The notes beneath the pieces were generated by a model, which saw only the letters and a list, made by a program, of their open reading frames with translations, did no database searches and was not told the origin of the DNA. A stretch of DNA of 64,000 nucleotides from Octopus vulgaris (taxonomy: Eukaryota): contig OX597830.1 of assembly GCA_951406725.2 (NCBI GenBank), forward strand, positions 27,652,001 to 27,716,000, in the 5' to 3' direction. Positions within the stretch are counted from its first letter, which is position 1. Each line of letters starts with the position of its first letter. This document shows positions 14,601 to 30,336 of this stretch, piece after piece. Made by a program: the position numbers and the translations under genes.

Positions 14601-14711
14601 TAAATGCGCACATACTTAAATAAGCATATACATAGAGACACACACTCGCACATACACATACACACATATATATGCATATATATATGTGCTTATACTTATG
14701 AGCGTATACAC

Positions 14712-14783
<72 letters not shown>

Positions 14784-15135
14784 ATATATATGTATGTATG
14801 TATGTATGGATGTATATAGATATGTGTGTGTGTGGAGGGTGTTGATAGTATTAATTTGTGATTTTCAATATATTTCGTTTGTGTACTTTTAGTTTTAACA
14901 TAATAAAACAGCGATATTGGGTGTGAAATATAGCACTTAAAATCGTATGAATATAAAATTGCCCTAAAATAATGATATAAAAAACCTGTTGCATTTTATT
15001 AAAAATAAACAAACATATATACACACTCAATGTGTGTGTGTGTATGTATATATATATATATACATATATATATATAAATATAAACATATATATATTTATA
15101 TAAATTATACTCCCTAATATTATTATTATTATTAA

Positions 15136-15213
<78 letters not shown>

Positions 15214-15302
15214 CACAGACAGATCTACACGCACACACATACGTATACGTACATATATTCGCATAAATATATACGAGATCTTCCTTTCAGCTCTGAGTTT
15301 AC

Positions 15303-15469
<167 letters not shown>

Positions 15470-15804
15470 AATGTATGTATATATGCATCTATGTATGTAT
15501 GTATAAGGTGTGTGTTTGTGTGTGTATGTGCCGTAGCCGACTCCCCATACTTATTGTTGGTGATGACTTTAACGATGATAAAAGTGAGAGTGATTATGAC
15601 GATGATGTTGATGGTAGTGATGATGGTGAATGATGGATGACGAACGATTATTGTCGATGATTAGCAGACAAATGAATCAAACAAGAACTAAAAATAAAGA
15701 AATAATTAAAAATAATTGATTTACATTTTCAGTGTAAAATGTTAATTAAAATAGATTAATGCCTGGGGTATGACCAGGTTTTTGAACCATTGTTGCTGGT
15801 GGTG

Positions 15805-15805
15805 G

Positions 15806-15854
<49 letters not shown>

Positions 15855-15874
15855 GCTGCTGCTGCTGCTGCTTA

Positions 15875-15943
<69 letters not shown>

Positions 15944-15950
15944 GACTACG

Positions 15951-16034
<84 letters not shown>

Positions 16035-16050
16035 ACTGATGCTGCTGCTG
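15805..16050. repeat. (CTA)n/(CTG)n trinucleotide repeat
   Basis: Direct reading. Confidence 0.95.
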
Positions 16051-16179
16051 AATTTCCCTCTATTAATTAGTGGTGTAATACGTAATATATAAACGTAATA
16101 AGGGGAGGTGAACTCTTTCTTTTTCCCCTCTCTCTGTCTGTACACACACACACTTACATATATACTTATAATATATATT

Positions 16180-16228
<49 letters not shown>

Positions 16229-16603
16229 ATATATGTGTACATATATGCCTGTACATACATATACATCTTTTATCTTATACTGTTAATTGTTCCAGTTATT
16301 AGACTGCTGCTACGCTGTAAATTAGTATGCAACCACATATCATAGCACCATAAAACGCAAAGAAAATCAACATAAAACTCTAAGCAGTTAAATCAAAGGA
16401 TATTACAGTGAAAGCCCGAAAGAAACTGCACCGGTATTATATTAAGGTTGTAATTGCAACAGCTAGTAAGGGATGCAATATAAACACGTGTAGGTTTATT
16501 TGAGGCTGTATATAAAAAATGTAATTAAATGTAATGCTAATGGTTCTTCGTAATAATCCTTGTTGTTGATGTTATTGTTGTTGTTATTATTATTATTATT
16601 ATA

Positions 16604-16657
<54 letters not shown>

Positions 16658-16855
16658 GAGTGGCGGGCTTTTTTTCTGTTTCCCTCAACCAAGTCCGCTC
16701 ACAAGGCTTTGGTCGACTCGAGGCTATATAGTAAAACGTACTTGCCGAAGGTGTCTGGACTCTGAGATACTAGAGTACTATTTCGAAGGGTTTTCTCGAT
16801 CATACTAGTTTCAGCGTTTATTTTAGTACTTATTTACGGATGTGCAATAATCATC

Positions 16856-18458
16856 TGTGTGCAGATAATTCGTCGACAGACAATTTGCCGCCGGACAATT
16901 GACCGATTGGACAATAAGTCGACATGTGAGAGTATCGATCATGGAGTTCATCAAAATGGAACGAGGAGGCAGAGAGCTTCTATGCAAAGAGTATACCTAT
17001 ATTATTGATAGAACCAGAAAAGAAAAGACTTATTGGAGATATGCAAATCGTAAACTGTGCAGCGCTAGACTGACAACGATTGACGATGAAAATAGCACAA
17101 CTCCTTCCGAACACGAACATCCACCTACGCCGATTGAAAATCACGCTGCAAAAATTAAGGAAGAAATAAAGCTTCTTGCTGAACGAGCTGAACAATTGCC
17201 GCGTTCTATAGTTGAAGCCGTAGCTTCCGATATCTCCTTGAGCGTTGCTGGATGTTTTCTGAAAATGAAATCTCTTAAATGTAGAGTGCGACGGAAAAGA
17301 CCAGTTATTAATGAGCATTAATTGTATAAAACCCCAAGAGGTGAACATTTTTTACTATATAGAAATAATGAGGTTTCTATATTTGGTACTCTGAAAAATT
17401 TAGAAATTTTTTCACTGAGCTCCTTCAGTTATACACGATCTATGCACTAATTTGTGAAAGTAAAACAGTGCCTCTACTTGCATAAAAACCAATAAATCTG
17501 AAGGAAATTACGATTTAGTATTTAAATTTATTAAAGAAGAAAGGAATTTGAGTGTAAAACAATTACAGTTGACTTTGAGAAAGCAGCTATGAAAAGCATT
17601 AAAAACAATTTCCCTCACGTTTCTGTGTTTGGTTGTTTTCCCCACTTCGGACAGTGTTTATGACGCAAGATACAGAATACGGGTTTATAAACGTGGTATA
17701 CCGGAGGAGAAAATGCATTTATTATGAAATAGCTGCAAGCGTCAGCTTTCGTACCACCTAATGATGTAGCAATTCCGAACAATTCCTTCATTCTTTAAGT
17801 GCTCAAACTGATGAAATTTTGGAGGAATTCCTGTCTTATTTTGAGTGTACTTGAGTAGGAATCATGCAACGTAGTAGATGTCGACGACCATTATACGACA
17901 TTTCTTGATGGTCATGCTACAACAGAATTCTCAATGCTCTCCCAAAAATCAGCAACTCTCTAGAAGGGTGGCACAACGCCTTCTGTAGAAGAGTCAATGT
18001 CCATTACCCAGACTTATCCAGATTAATTGAGAAGCTTAGAATAGAACAGTCACACTCCGAAATGGTAATAGAACAGGCCATATCAGGGGTTGAAGTGGCA
18101 AGGAAAAGCAAAAAGTACATTCGTCTTGAGGAGACATTTAAAACCATTGTTTTTAATTACGACGATGAAGGTGGGTTGGAATTTTTAAGGGCATGTGCCA
18201 ACAATTGTATGTGATGTCTTTATTTCTATTTGTAAGACTAACAAAACTTTGTGTGCTTTTTTCATATGTCGACATATTGTACATAATATCTTTTTATAAA
18301 TAAATTGTTTTAATTTGTAGGCCTAATAAAGCGTTTTTGTGATTTTTACTTTGTTTTAAAAAAATATTGACATACTGTCCTTTCGGCAAATTGTCCAATC
18401 GGTCCTGTCTGTAAATTGTCTGTCGGCCAACTGTCTATTGACGAATTGTCCGTCTACC
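16856..18458 (+). mobile_element. Mutator-like (MULE) DNA transposon, 1.6 kb, both ends and 9-bp TSD present
   Basis: TSD ATAATCATC at 16847-16855 and 18459-18467. Imperfect TIRs built of GACAATT subrepeats (left TGTGTGCAGATAATTCGTCGACAGACAATTTGCCG; right reverse complement GGTAGACGGACAATTCGTCAATAGACAGTTGGCCG). Transposase pseudogene inside. Confidence 0.92.
16941..18214 (+). pseudogene. FLYWCH zinc finger + MULE transposase pseudogene
   Basis: GGRELLCKEYTY...TYWRY..RKLCSARLTT...HEHPP (FLYWCH-like); ITVDFEKAAMKSIKNNFPHVSVFGCFPHFGQCL*RKIQ (MULE D + CxxH); LPKISNSLEGWHNAF (catalytic E region). Contains stops and frameshifts. Confidence 0.9.
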
Positions 18459-19736
18459 ATAATCATCAGTCCTTACTTTCTCAAAGCCTCCTAGACTTGT
18501 GACAGAAGGAGGGAATCTACTCAAAGCAGAGGTCTGAGTCAATCGTTTGCGACAGAGGCAACTCATAACAATGTGGCGTCGTTAAATCGACCTACTTTAT
18601 CGGCGGGTTAAATTTGATATTTCTGATTTCCATCTTACACACATAAGAAAAGAGTACCTGGATAAAATAGAGATATAGCTATCTTAAAATGCATTCTCAC
18701 ACAATTAAGGGGTATAAAATTAGCAAAATCCACATACTATTTATGTTTAGATTTCGAAAAGAAAAAAAAATTATTGTGACAGACAATAAAATTAACCGGG
18801 GTAAGCTAGAACACTTACATTAACATAGGAAAATCTTTTTTTTTTTTTTGTAGAAGGACTAGCTTCGAAATATATATTAAATTTACACGCAAATGGAATA
18901 CACAGGAGTCAATGCCTCACAAACTATCCAGCCTTTTTTCCACATTAGCTACAACAAAAATAAATGGAGGAATCTGACTCTCCGGTCTATCTATCTATCA
19001 CGTAATTTAAAAAAAGAAAGCAATTGTTTTTGTGTGGTTTTTAGCTTTCTTCCTTGAAAAATCGCTTCAAGCTCTGATACGTACGCGCACTTCTTCCACA
19101 TTCTTCTCGACTTTAGATATGCATTCTCAACTACCTCTCGTTTTTATCGGTTTCTCAATAACCTTTAGACACGCCAATTTACCTGCGCATTTCAGTTTTG
19201 AATTTTCTACATAACTTCAGTAACAGAACTCGTAATTTTTCTCAGAGAACTGGTAAATGTTTCTTTTCAGCAGTATCTTTTCCTGAAATTAAATATTCTC
19301 TTCCTTTTTTTCAACTCTTTGGATTCACATCCTTTCTCACATATTGTTTCTTCTTTTGTTCGCGTCTCCCATGTAACAGCGTTTATCAAGCATTTGCTCT
19401 CGCTTATTGACACTCTCCACCTTCCTTGTACTTTTCTGTTTACCTGATGCGCACCCGCTCTCACACACCTATATTCACCCTTTCTTCATAATAATTAACC
19501 CCAATAAATACACACCATTACCTCATCCAAATCCAAGCCACTATACTTCCACACTTACACACTTAGAGGTACCCAATAAAATTCCCCACCCAAACTTCTC
19601 CATATGACTGTCTCGCTCGAAACATGGATACACTCTTATCTCTGCACATACACCCTATCCCCTCCCTCCTTTACCATTCATCATAACTCCTCTGTAGAAG
19701 CACTTTTCCACCTGTCTCCTAATCTATCGTCCTCAC

Positions 19737-19784
19737 AAAGCCTTGTGAGTGGATCTGTTAGACGGAAACTGAAAGAAGCCCGTC

Positions 19785-19821
<37 letters not shown>

Positions 19822-20052
19822 TGTGTGTGTGTGTGTGTGTATGTGTGTATGTCTGTGTTTGTTACCCCAACATCGCTTGACAACCGATGCTGATGTGGTT
19901 ACGTCCCCGTAACTTAGCGGTTCGGCAAAAGCGACCGATAGAATAAGCACTAGGCTACAAAGAATAAGTCCTGGGGAGTATTTGCTCGACTAGAGTCGGT
20001 GCTCCAGCATGGCCACAGTCACATAACTGAAACACATAAAAGAGTAAAGAGT
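19737..20052 (+). mobile_element. SINE family B, 5'-truncated
   Basis: Matches 20591-20883 including the GAGTAAA tail. Confidence 0.9.
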
Positions 20053-20463
20053 ATTACATATAATTTATTGTTGTCACTGTTATTGTTCTTATTGTGTATT
20101 CCTAGTGTGTCCTGATTGAGTCATAAACCAGAAGTATTGACTGTAGTAAATTGATAGTGTGCATTTTATTCTCTTTACTTTACATCTGTTTCGGGAATTT
20201 ATGGTTTTTCAGACATGATGTGGTTTATTGCGTGGAGCTCAGTGTGACGGTTCACTCTGTGCTCAATCTGTTCGTGTATGCCTTGTCTGCTACCACAATA
20301 AATGCGACAGGACATGGCAATCGATAATATATACTTTTATGTATTACATTTCTGTATATTCTTTATAACATTTCTTTTTCAGATGTTCTCCAGTCCACAT
20401 CGCATACGAAAAGGGAGTTATTGTTCAATGCAGGAGTTTTTATTTCCAAATGATATTTTGTGC

Positions 20464-20883
20464 AGGAGTAGATATAGGCTAAGGAGTGGCTGTGTGGTAA
20501 GTAGCTCGCTCACCGACCACATGGTTCAGGGTTCAGTGCCACTACGTGGTACCTTGGGCAAGTGTCTTCAACTATAGCCTCGAGCCGACCAAAGCCTTGT
20601 GAGTGGATTTGGTAGACGGAAACTGAAAGAAGCCCGTCGTATATATGTATATATATGTATGTGAGTGTATGTGTTCGTGTGTCTGTGTTTGTCCTCCCAA
20701 CATCACTTGACAACCGATGCTGGTGTGTTTACGCCCCCGTAACTTAGCGGTTCGGCAAAAGAGACCGATAGAATAAGTACTAGGCTTACAAAAAATAAGT
20801 CCTGGGGTCGATTTTCTCCACTAAAGGTGGTGCTCCAGCATGGCCACAATCAAATGACTGAAACAAGTAAAAGAGTAAAGGAG
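20464..20883 (+). mobile_element. SINE family B, full length with 23-bp TSD
   Basis: A-box-like TGGCTGTGTGG, B-box-like GGTTCAGTGCC, CORE-like ACCTTGGGCAAGTG. TSD TATTTCCAAATGATATTTTGTGC at 20441-20463 and 20884-20906. Confidence 0.95.
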
Positions 20884-22092
20884 TATTTCCAAATGATATT
20901 TTGTGCTACTTCGTCAGGAGGCATAGTGTTTTTAACACGAGTTCGTAGACAAGCTCGAGATGATTTTAAATTGTATTTCGGTGTTCGTCTCTGACGCAAT
21001 ATAAAAACTGGTGTGATGTGAAACGTAGAGCTTCTAATACTTAATATATCTTCATATCCAGATAGTCAACGATATTGATTACATAATAAGGATTTAAAGC
21101 TTATCTTAATCTTCAATTGTAGCCGGAGATTTCCAACAGTGTTTTTGATGTTTTTCCCAATTTGAAAGCATGCGACTTCTCTTCTTCCTGTTAAATTTTA
21201 ACCAACGTGAAGCCTGATAACGAACAGATAATAATTACTTCATAATACTTGACTGGATTATAAAATTGAGTTCAAAATGCAGGGACAACCAAAAAGGCAT
21301 AGAAAATACATATGTAATGTTTTCCGTTACTTAGTAATTACGAAGTTTTTAAAATATCCAGGTTTTGGTAAACATGTATAACAGCATTTCATTCTTTTTA
21401 GAAATCGCCAGCATGACGGAATTCGAAGAATATAGATTAAAAATTTTATGTAGTGAGACATTTCTTGGAAAGGGAAAATAATTCAAATATTCGTATAGAA
21501 TATATCATAATACAGCAGCATTATCATACACTTGGAGGTAAAGAAAAAAATATGCCACAGTCAAGGGCTCACATATATGTATATATTTGCATGTATATAG
21601 AAATGTGCATGTTTGTACGCATGTAAGCATTTCAACATATATAACAATTCATTCATACGAATATGCATGTATGACCACATGAATACATATGGTAATGTGC
21701 TGAAATATATCTACACACACACGAACATACACGCACACACAAATGCATACACATATAAATGTATAAGCGTGTGCCAGCGCGCACACAAGCATATTTATAT
21801 ATATTTACACATATATATTCGTAAATGTGATGTTGTATACGTATCAAGAGGAATTTCATTATGTACATATGGAAAATTAATTACAAAGTAAAGTACCAAG
21901 AAACCATAGCTTGCTACCTACTTACCTACCTGCCTACACACACACACACACACACACACATACACACACACACATATATATATATATCTGTATATATATA
22001 CATATATATATACACATGTATACACATATTACATATATGTATATGTATATAAATGTATATATGTATATGTATATATATAAATATATATATAC

Positions 22093-22163
<71 letters not shown>

Positions 22164-22251
22164 TGTCTTCAGACTGAAAGATGGAGAAAGAGGAGAGAGA
22201 ATGCTAATGTCCAATGGAAAAAATCCGCGCACTTATACATAACATAAATAT

Positions 22252-22300
<49 letters not shown>

Positions 22301-22907
22301 TTACATGTATGCATGCGCGCCTACATACAAAATAGGAGCTGAAGGAGAGCAGGACATAGAAAGGGAGAGAGAAAGAGAGTAAGGGAGAGGGAGAGAGGGA
22401 GAGACAGAGACAGAAACTGGAGATAATGTCCAAGGGAAAAGAAACCAATAATAGATAAAGCGAAGAGGAACGGCAGAAAAACCCATAAGAAATTCGTGAA
22501 AATGGGAAAGAATGCAAGAGTAAAAGAGAAAGCAAGAACGATAGAGTATCTGAAAGACAATAAAAATAAGGAAAGATAGAAAGAAAAAAAAAAGAAAAAA
22601 AGATAATTTTGATTGCTTTGACAATGTTGACACCCTGCGTTTGGTTCACCAGCAGAGCGAATGACAAGTAACCTTTTAGCCCGGAATAGCTATTAAATAT
22701 GTTCTCAATCCTTTATACGTTAACTTCTTCTTGTTCGTCATCTGTCCTCTCTTCGCCCAGTTGATACAGACACAGAAGATATGTGTGCGCGCGCGTACGT
22801 ATATGTGTGTGTTGTGGGGGATATGGGTTGATTCTGCTGGTGGTGGTGGTGGTGGTGGTGGTGGTAGGAGTCAGGGCAGGAGGGATAGTGGCTGGGTATT
22901 TTCACTG

Positions 22908-23002
22908 ACTTGGCTTGGCTGCCTTGGCTTGGCTTGGCTTGGCTTGGTTTGGCTTGGTCTGGTCTGGTCTGGATGGTTTGGTTTGGCTTGGGTCGGCTTG
23001 GC
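22908..23002. repeat. (GCTTG)n/(GTCTG)n pentanucleotide repeat
   Basis: Direct reading. Confidence 0.9.
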
Positions 23003-23043
23003 TTCGTGCACGATGGCCACCGGGTAATTAGCGTGTATCTATG

Positions 23044-23092
<49 letters not shown>

Positions 23093-23988
23093 ATGTGTGT
23101 TTGTGTGCGAGTGTGTGTACATATATATATATATATACGTAATTGCACACACATAGATATATAAGTATGGGTATGTATATATATATATATATACAAATAT
23201 TCACAGTAATAAGTATATATATATGTATATATGTAAAGATATATATATGCATACATACATACATATATGTATAGACATATATGTATGTATATACGCATAT
23301 ATATAAATATATATATATATACACGCATACATACATGTATACATATATGTATACATACGTATGTATATATACACGTATACGAGACATGTATATTATATAT
23401 ATAACTATATATATATATATACCTGCCTGCATAAACAGAAGTCTACTTGCACATATGTATGTACACTTATCTTACGTATATGCATGTGTATGTACACCCA
23501 CACACAAACACATGCACACACACACACACACACACACATTACGTATGCATGTATAGGATGGGGGCAAATATGCCTATGTAGGTTTGATGTGGGTGAGGGT
23601 GCAGGTCGCGATTTGTTCTGCTAAATAACTTATATATCGACTCGAACCAGGTCAAAGCATTTACAAGAAAATGAAATGAATGTGTGGAATGTATTTAAGC
23701 CAGTGTAAAAGAAAAGAAGGGCATGTTAAGTAGAAAAAGCAAAGAAAATGAAAAACTAAGAGAGAGATAGATAGATACGAGTGACATAAACAGAAAAACC
23801 GGTGAGTGGGAGACGCGAGAAAGAGAGCGAGAAGACAACAAAAAAGGGGAGGTAATTATGGGATAAGGAGGAGCGGGATATACATACATACAAATATACA
23901 TACATACATACATGCATACACACATATATACATGCATACATACATATGCATATATATGCATAAATACATGTATTTATGCATACATACA

Positions 23989-24024
<36 letters not shown>

Positions 24025-24077
24025 TATATTGATATACACACATATATGTACATGTATATCTAAATATATGTATATAA

Positions 24078-24131
<54 letters not shown>

Positions 24132-24158
24132 ATATATTTCCGATGTAGGTGAATATAC

Positions 24159-24191
<33 letters not shown>

Positions 24192-24653
24192 TAAACACAC
24201 ACATACATACGTGTATATATGAGCACGCGTAAATATAAATGTACATACATGCATACACACATATATATGCATACATGCATGTGCGTATATATACACATAA
24301 ATATTTAACTATGTATGTGCGTGTGTGTGTGTGCACGTTTGCATGCTTGCGCGTGAGTGTGTTTCCTTAAAAACATAAGTACGGGCATGGGCGTATTAAA
24401 GCTAGATTGCCAAACTGTGTATATACAGTATGCCAGGTATGGTATGTATATACACATGCGTACGTAAAATATGTAGCGGTGGGTGACACACATATATATA
24501 TATATATATATATATGTGAAAAATGTCAATCTCAATTTTTGTCTCTGTATTAATGTGTAATTGAATATGTGTAATTATAATTTCATATAGGTATGTATCC
24601 TTGAATGTCAGCCCGCGTATGTGTAAGTGAAAATATGTAGGCATGAAGTATCC

Positions 24654-24709
<56 letters not shown>

Positions 24710-24795
24710 TGAATGTATGTATATATGCCTTGCCTGTTGGATTGCTAACTAAAATGTATTGCAAATAACGAGTGAAATTACACACACACACACAC

Positions 24796-24878
<83 letters not shown>

Positions 24879-24985
24879 GAGTATATATGTAGACAGTCTA
24901 TATATAATTCTCTCTGTCTCTCCGCTCCATCTTCGCTGTCCCTCTAGCTCCGTCTGATTGACTGTTTGTCTCTCTGTATGTCTAA

Positions 24986-25018
<33 letters not shown>

Positions 25019-25280
25019 TGTATGTATGTATGTATGTATGTATGTATGTATGTATCTATCTATCTATCTATCGATCTTTTTTCTTTTTTCTTTTATTTAT
25101 TTATTTTTTGTTCTTTTCTTCCCTTTTACGATCCCTCTTGATCGAAAACCTACGCCACCCCTTTTTTTTGTTTCTTTTGTTTTTTGTTTTTTTCATCCCC
25201 AAAAGAAAAGCTCTACCTTGTAACTTGTCCCATCTGTGTGCAGCCCTGTGTGGCCGATAAAGAAACTTATCTATCTATCA

Positions 25281-25349
<69 letters not shown>

Positions 25350-25445
25350 ACTGTATTTATTCTCCCTGTTTCTTCACACTTTATCTGTATGTATATCTAC
25401 GTACCCGTCTTTCTGCATATCACACTTTTCCTCTCTCCCTGCTTC

Positions 25446-25491
<46 letters not shown>

Positions 25492-25680
25492 TTACGATTG
25501 ACTAATATAAAACATTCTCTATTATGTCTTTATCACTATATATATATATTTATGTGTATGTGTGTATATATAAATATGTATATACACATATATACACATA
25601 TATATATATATACATATATGTCTGCACATATTCATATATATATATATATATATATACATATGTGTGTGTGTGTATATCTA

Positions 25681-25728
<48 letters not shown>

Positions 25729-25746
25729 GTGTGTTTGTATATGTAT

Positions 25747-25801
<55 letters not shown>

Positions 25802-26427
25802 TATGTACATACATACCTTTATATTCCAGTATGAATTCAGCTAGATGCGGGTTTGTATTATGATTATATCAGTGTAAGTACAAGGGTATTCACATAGATA
25901 TAAATATACGTTGGATGAAGACGTCTGCATCATTATGTACAATTGTATATATCTATGTATGCCTGCTATTATGTAACATATGCTATTATAATAGAAATAT
26001 ACATATTTTAGATTGAATGTATGCATGTATGGATATACAGTATGTATATATAGCATGTGTTTGCTCGTATATATATATATACATATATACATATATATAT
26101 GTGTGTGTGTGTATATATATGTTTAGGTACGTGTGTGTATGTGTGTATATGTGTACCTGTATATGTAATTATTAAATGTATCTTTGGTTAACATTGTCCT
26201 TTTGTAAGTATTCACATAATTACAGTAACTTTGTGATAGTCAATTTGTATATTTATGAATGCATATATTTATGCATGTAATTATAACAGGCATGCGTATA
26301 TATTAGTTTCCATATCTACAATTACGTGTTATATGTAATATAAGATAATAATATGGCCAGATAAATTTCGATGCAAATATCATATACGCTTATGCTTGCA
26401 CGCCCCATATATATATACGTATATATG

Positions 26428-26523
<96 letters not shown>

Positions 26524-26999
26524 CACATACATTATTACAAGCATGCTCACGTACACACAGACAGACAGACACACACACACACATATATATTTATGTATAT
26601 ACATTTACATAAATACGTATATGCATATAAATATGTATGCAGTTTCATATCTATATTTGTCTAGATGAATATGTGTACATAAATACATACATAAGGGCAT
26701 ATGTACATACAAATACACACACACACACACACATACACACACATAGAGTTATACGCATGGTTATATGGATACAAACTTGCATATGTAATCCATGGGCATT
26801 CAAATAGAAATAAATATAATTTAGATGAAGATATCTAAATCATTATATATAAAAAATGTATTGTATACCAAAAAATCTATACGCATACTCGTATCTTCAG
26901 CAGGTCACATGCGTACATGTACAGACGCACAGATACATGAATTCATACAACATACACATCAAATTAACATACAACCTGTAATATAAACGCATATGCTCA

Positions 27000-27061
<62 letters not shown>

Positions 27062-27844
27062 CATATGTATATGTTGGTGTGTATGTGTAGGGATATATGT
27101 ATCTAAATCTAGATATATATATATATATATATGCATGTATATGCATGTATACCTATATGTATGTATACTTCTATATGCGGGCAGGAATGGTAATTTAAAT
27201 AGGAGAGAAAGCGAGAGACAAGCAATTCTGAGAGAAATAGATATTGTGAGAGCTGCAATGAAAAAAACTAAATAAAAATGAGTAAAAGAAATATGAGTTG
27301 CTCTAAAGAAAAAAAAAAAAGAAAATGGAGAAATTGTATTGCGATATCGCATGTATGTATCGATATATGTATGCACGTAGGTATGCATCTATGAATGATA
27401 CACGCGAATAAATACGCATATACATATAAAGATACACAGACACATGCACATATACATATATGCATGTAGTTATGCATGTATATATATATATGTGTGTGTG
27501 TCTAATAGAATGTTTTTCCGCCATGTTTATAGGTGGTCACGTGTGTTCTGTTCTGTGATGGAGGACAGGTTTGTGATAATTAACTTCAGACAATTGATGC
27601 TGAAAGCCCAGAGCTACCTCGTGACCCCTGCAAATGCGATCTCACATATTTCGGTCAAGATATTGATTTGGCTTTCTTTGCATTTATTGTTATTAGACTT
27701 GTTGTTGTTGTTCATCTCGTTCTTGTTCTTCTTATTGTGTTGTTGTCCACATCGTTGTCCTTACATTTGTTGTTGCATATGATGATAATGATGACGCTGC
27801 TGCTACAGCAAATTCTACTGATGTAGATATGAAAGTAGTGCCAT

Positions 27845-27869
27845 CAACATCATTATCATCATCATCATT

Positions 27870-27916
<47 letters not shown>

Positions 27917-27931
27917 TATCATCATCATCAA

Positions 27932-28000
<69 letters not shown>

Positions 28001-28098
28001 CATTATTATTGTTATCACGATTGTTGTTGTTGGTGGTGTTGTTAATCTCTGTTTATTATTATCATTATGATTATTGTTATTGTTGTTGTTAATCTCTG

Positions 28099-28181
<83 letters not shown>

Positions 28182-28203
28182 CATTATTATTATTATTATT
28201 ATA

Positions 28204-28262
<59 letters not shown>

Positions 28263-28680
28263 CATCATTATTATTATTATTATTATTATCATCATTATCA
28301 TTATTATTGTTGTTGCTGCTGTTGTTGTTTTTGTTGTTGTTGTTGTTGTTGTTGTGGTTGTTGCTGTTGTTGTTGTTGCTGTTGTTATTTTTATTATGAT
28401 TAGTAATATAAAATTGATTATAATTATAGCAGCAGCAGCAGCAGCAGCAGTTGTATTAGTGCAATAGTGCATGTGGTGGTAAATTTGCAAGATATTATAG
28501 AAATAGTTACAGTGCTGATAGTAGAAGCAGCAGAAGCAGCAGCAGCAGCAGTAGTTGTAGTAGTGGTGGTGGTGATAGTTGTAGTAGTAGTAGTAGTAGT
28601 AGTAATAGTAGCAGTAGTGGTAGTAGTAGTAGTAGTAGTAGCAGTAGTGGTAGTAGTAGTAGTTAATGATGATGATTTGT
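27845..28680. repeat. Long compound trinucleotide block (ATC/ATT/GTT/GCA/GTA)n
   Basis: Direct reading. Confidence 0.95.
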
Positions 28681-28808
28681 CAATAACTATTCCTTTCTTA
28701 GCAGACCATTATCTATCTAATTTTTAGTGTGTGTGTATGTGTGTGTGATGGTGTGTATATGTGTGAATATATATGTAATATGTGTATAGTTTTATACATA
28801 CATACACA

Positions 28809-28842
<34 letters not shown>

Positions 28843-29251
28843 TATATATACGTATTTATATATATTTATATATATATATATATATAAATATATATTTATA
28901 TATATATATATATGCATATATGTATACACACACATATATATATGCACATATATGTGTGTGCGTGTGCATAAGTGTGCACGTGTATGCAAAGATACATACA
29001 TATACGCTCACATATATATATATATATATTGTAGATTTTTCATTACTTATTATGTGGGAATGACGTTGTTGTGTGATGCGACGTAGGTCCTGGTGTAGGG
29101 GGCGGTCGCTATCCTTTTTTAAAGTAGAAAGTAGGCATTTGAGAAAAATAAAAACAGTGAGAGAGAGAGAGAAAGAGAGGGAAAGAGAGAGAGGGGGTGA
29201 AACATTAAGAAACCATAAGAGAGGACATAGTGTTAATAAAATGAATAAAAG

Positions 29252-29282
<31 letters not shown>

Positions 29283-29851
29283 GGTAAGAGAGGGGGAAAA
29301 GAAGACGATACACATGAAAAGGAAAAATGGAAAGAAAGTAATGTGGACAGAGAAAAAATAAGGAGCACATACAGAGTTGTGTAGAGAAGAGTAAGGAACA
29401 CTGGCTAAATGAAAATCAAGTGCTATGTGTAGGCAGGGCTGAGTTTTATTTATATATATATTATTTTTATTTTTAAGGTTTTTTAAATTTCTTTTTTGAG
29501 TTTGTGTGTATTCATACGCGTAGAGAGGTGGTGGTGGTGGTGGTGGTGGTGGTGGTGATGGGGTTTGTGTCTTTGAGTATGGCTCTGTCTACGTGTATGC
29601 ATGGGCATGTCTGTCCGAGTGCGTATGCCGGTGTGATTGTTGGATATCTGTGTCTGGCTCTTGAGTCTGGGTTTGGGCATTTCTTGTTTTTATTATTTTT
29701 TTTTACGTGTGAGCGCGTGCATAATGAATATGTCTCTGTCTGCCTGTCTTTCTCACTGTCTGTATGTGTGCCTGCCTGCCTGCCTCACAGTGGTCTGCAT
29801 TTATTTCTCTGTGCTTATATATACACATATATATATATGTATATATGAGTG

Positions 29852-29898
<47 letters not shown>

Positions 29899-30047
29899 TT
29901 ATCTATCTACATACTTACCTACATACCTGTCTGTCTGTCTGTCTCTCTCTCTCCCTCTCTGTATGTCTACCTGTTTTTCTCACTCTATCTGTCCATCTGT
30001 CCACCTGCCTATTTATACACATTTGTATATATTTCTAAAGAGACAAA

Positions 30048-30079
<32 letters not shown>

Positions 30080-30248
30080 TGTGTGTGTGTTTAAGTGTGC
30101 ATTTGTGTGTGTGTGTATGAAAAGCATAAGAGAGGGGTTATGATGAATTGAGACAATATGAGTGAGCTTGTACTAATGTGACAGGCGAATTTTATCTGAT
30201 ATGTGGACATGTGGTTACTAGTTCTAATAAGCACACACACAGTCCTTA

Positions 30249-30336
<88 letters not shown>

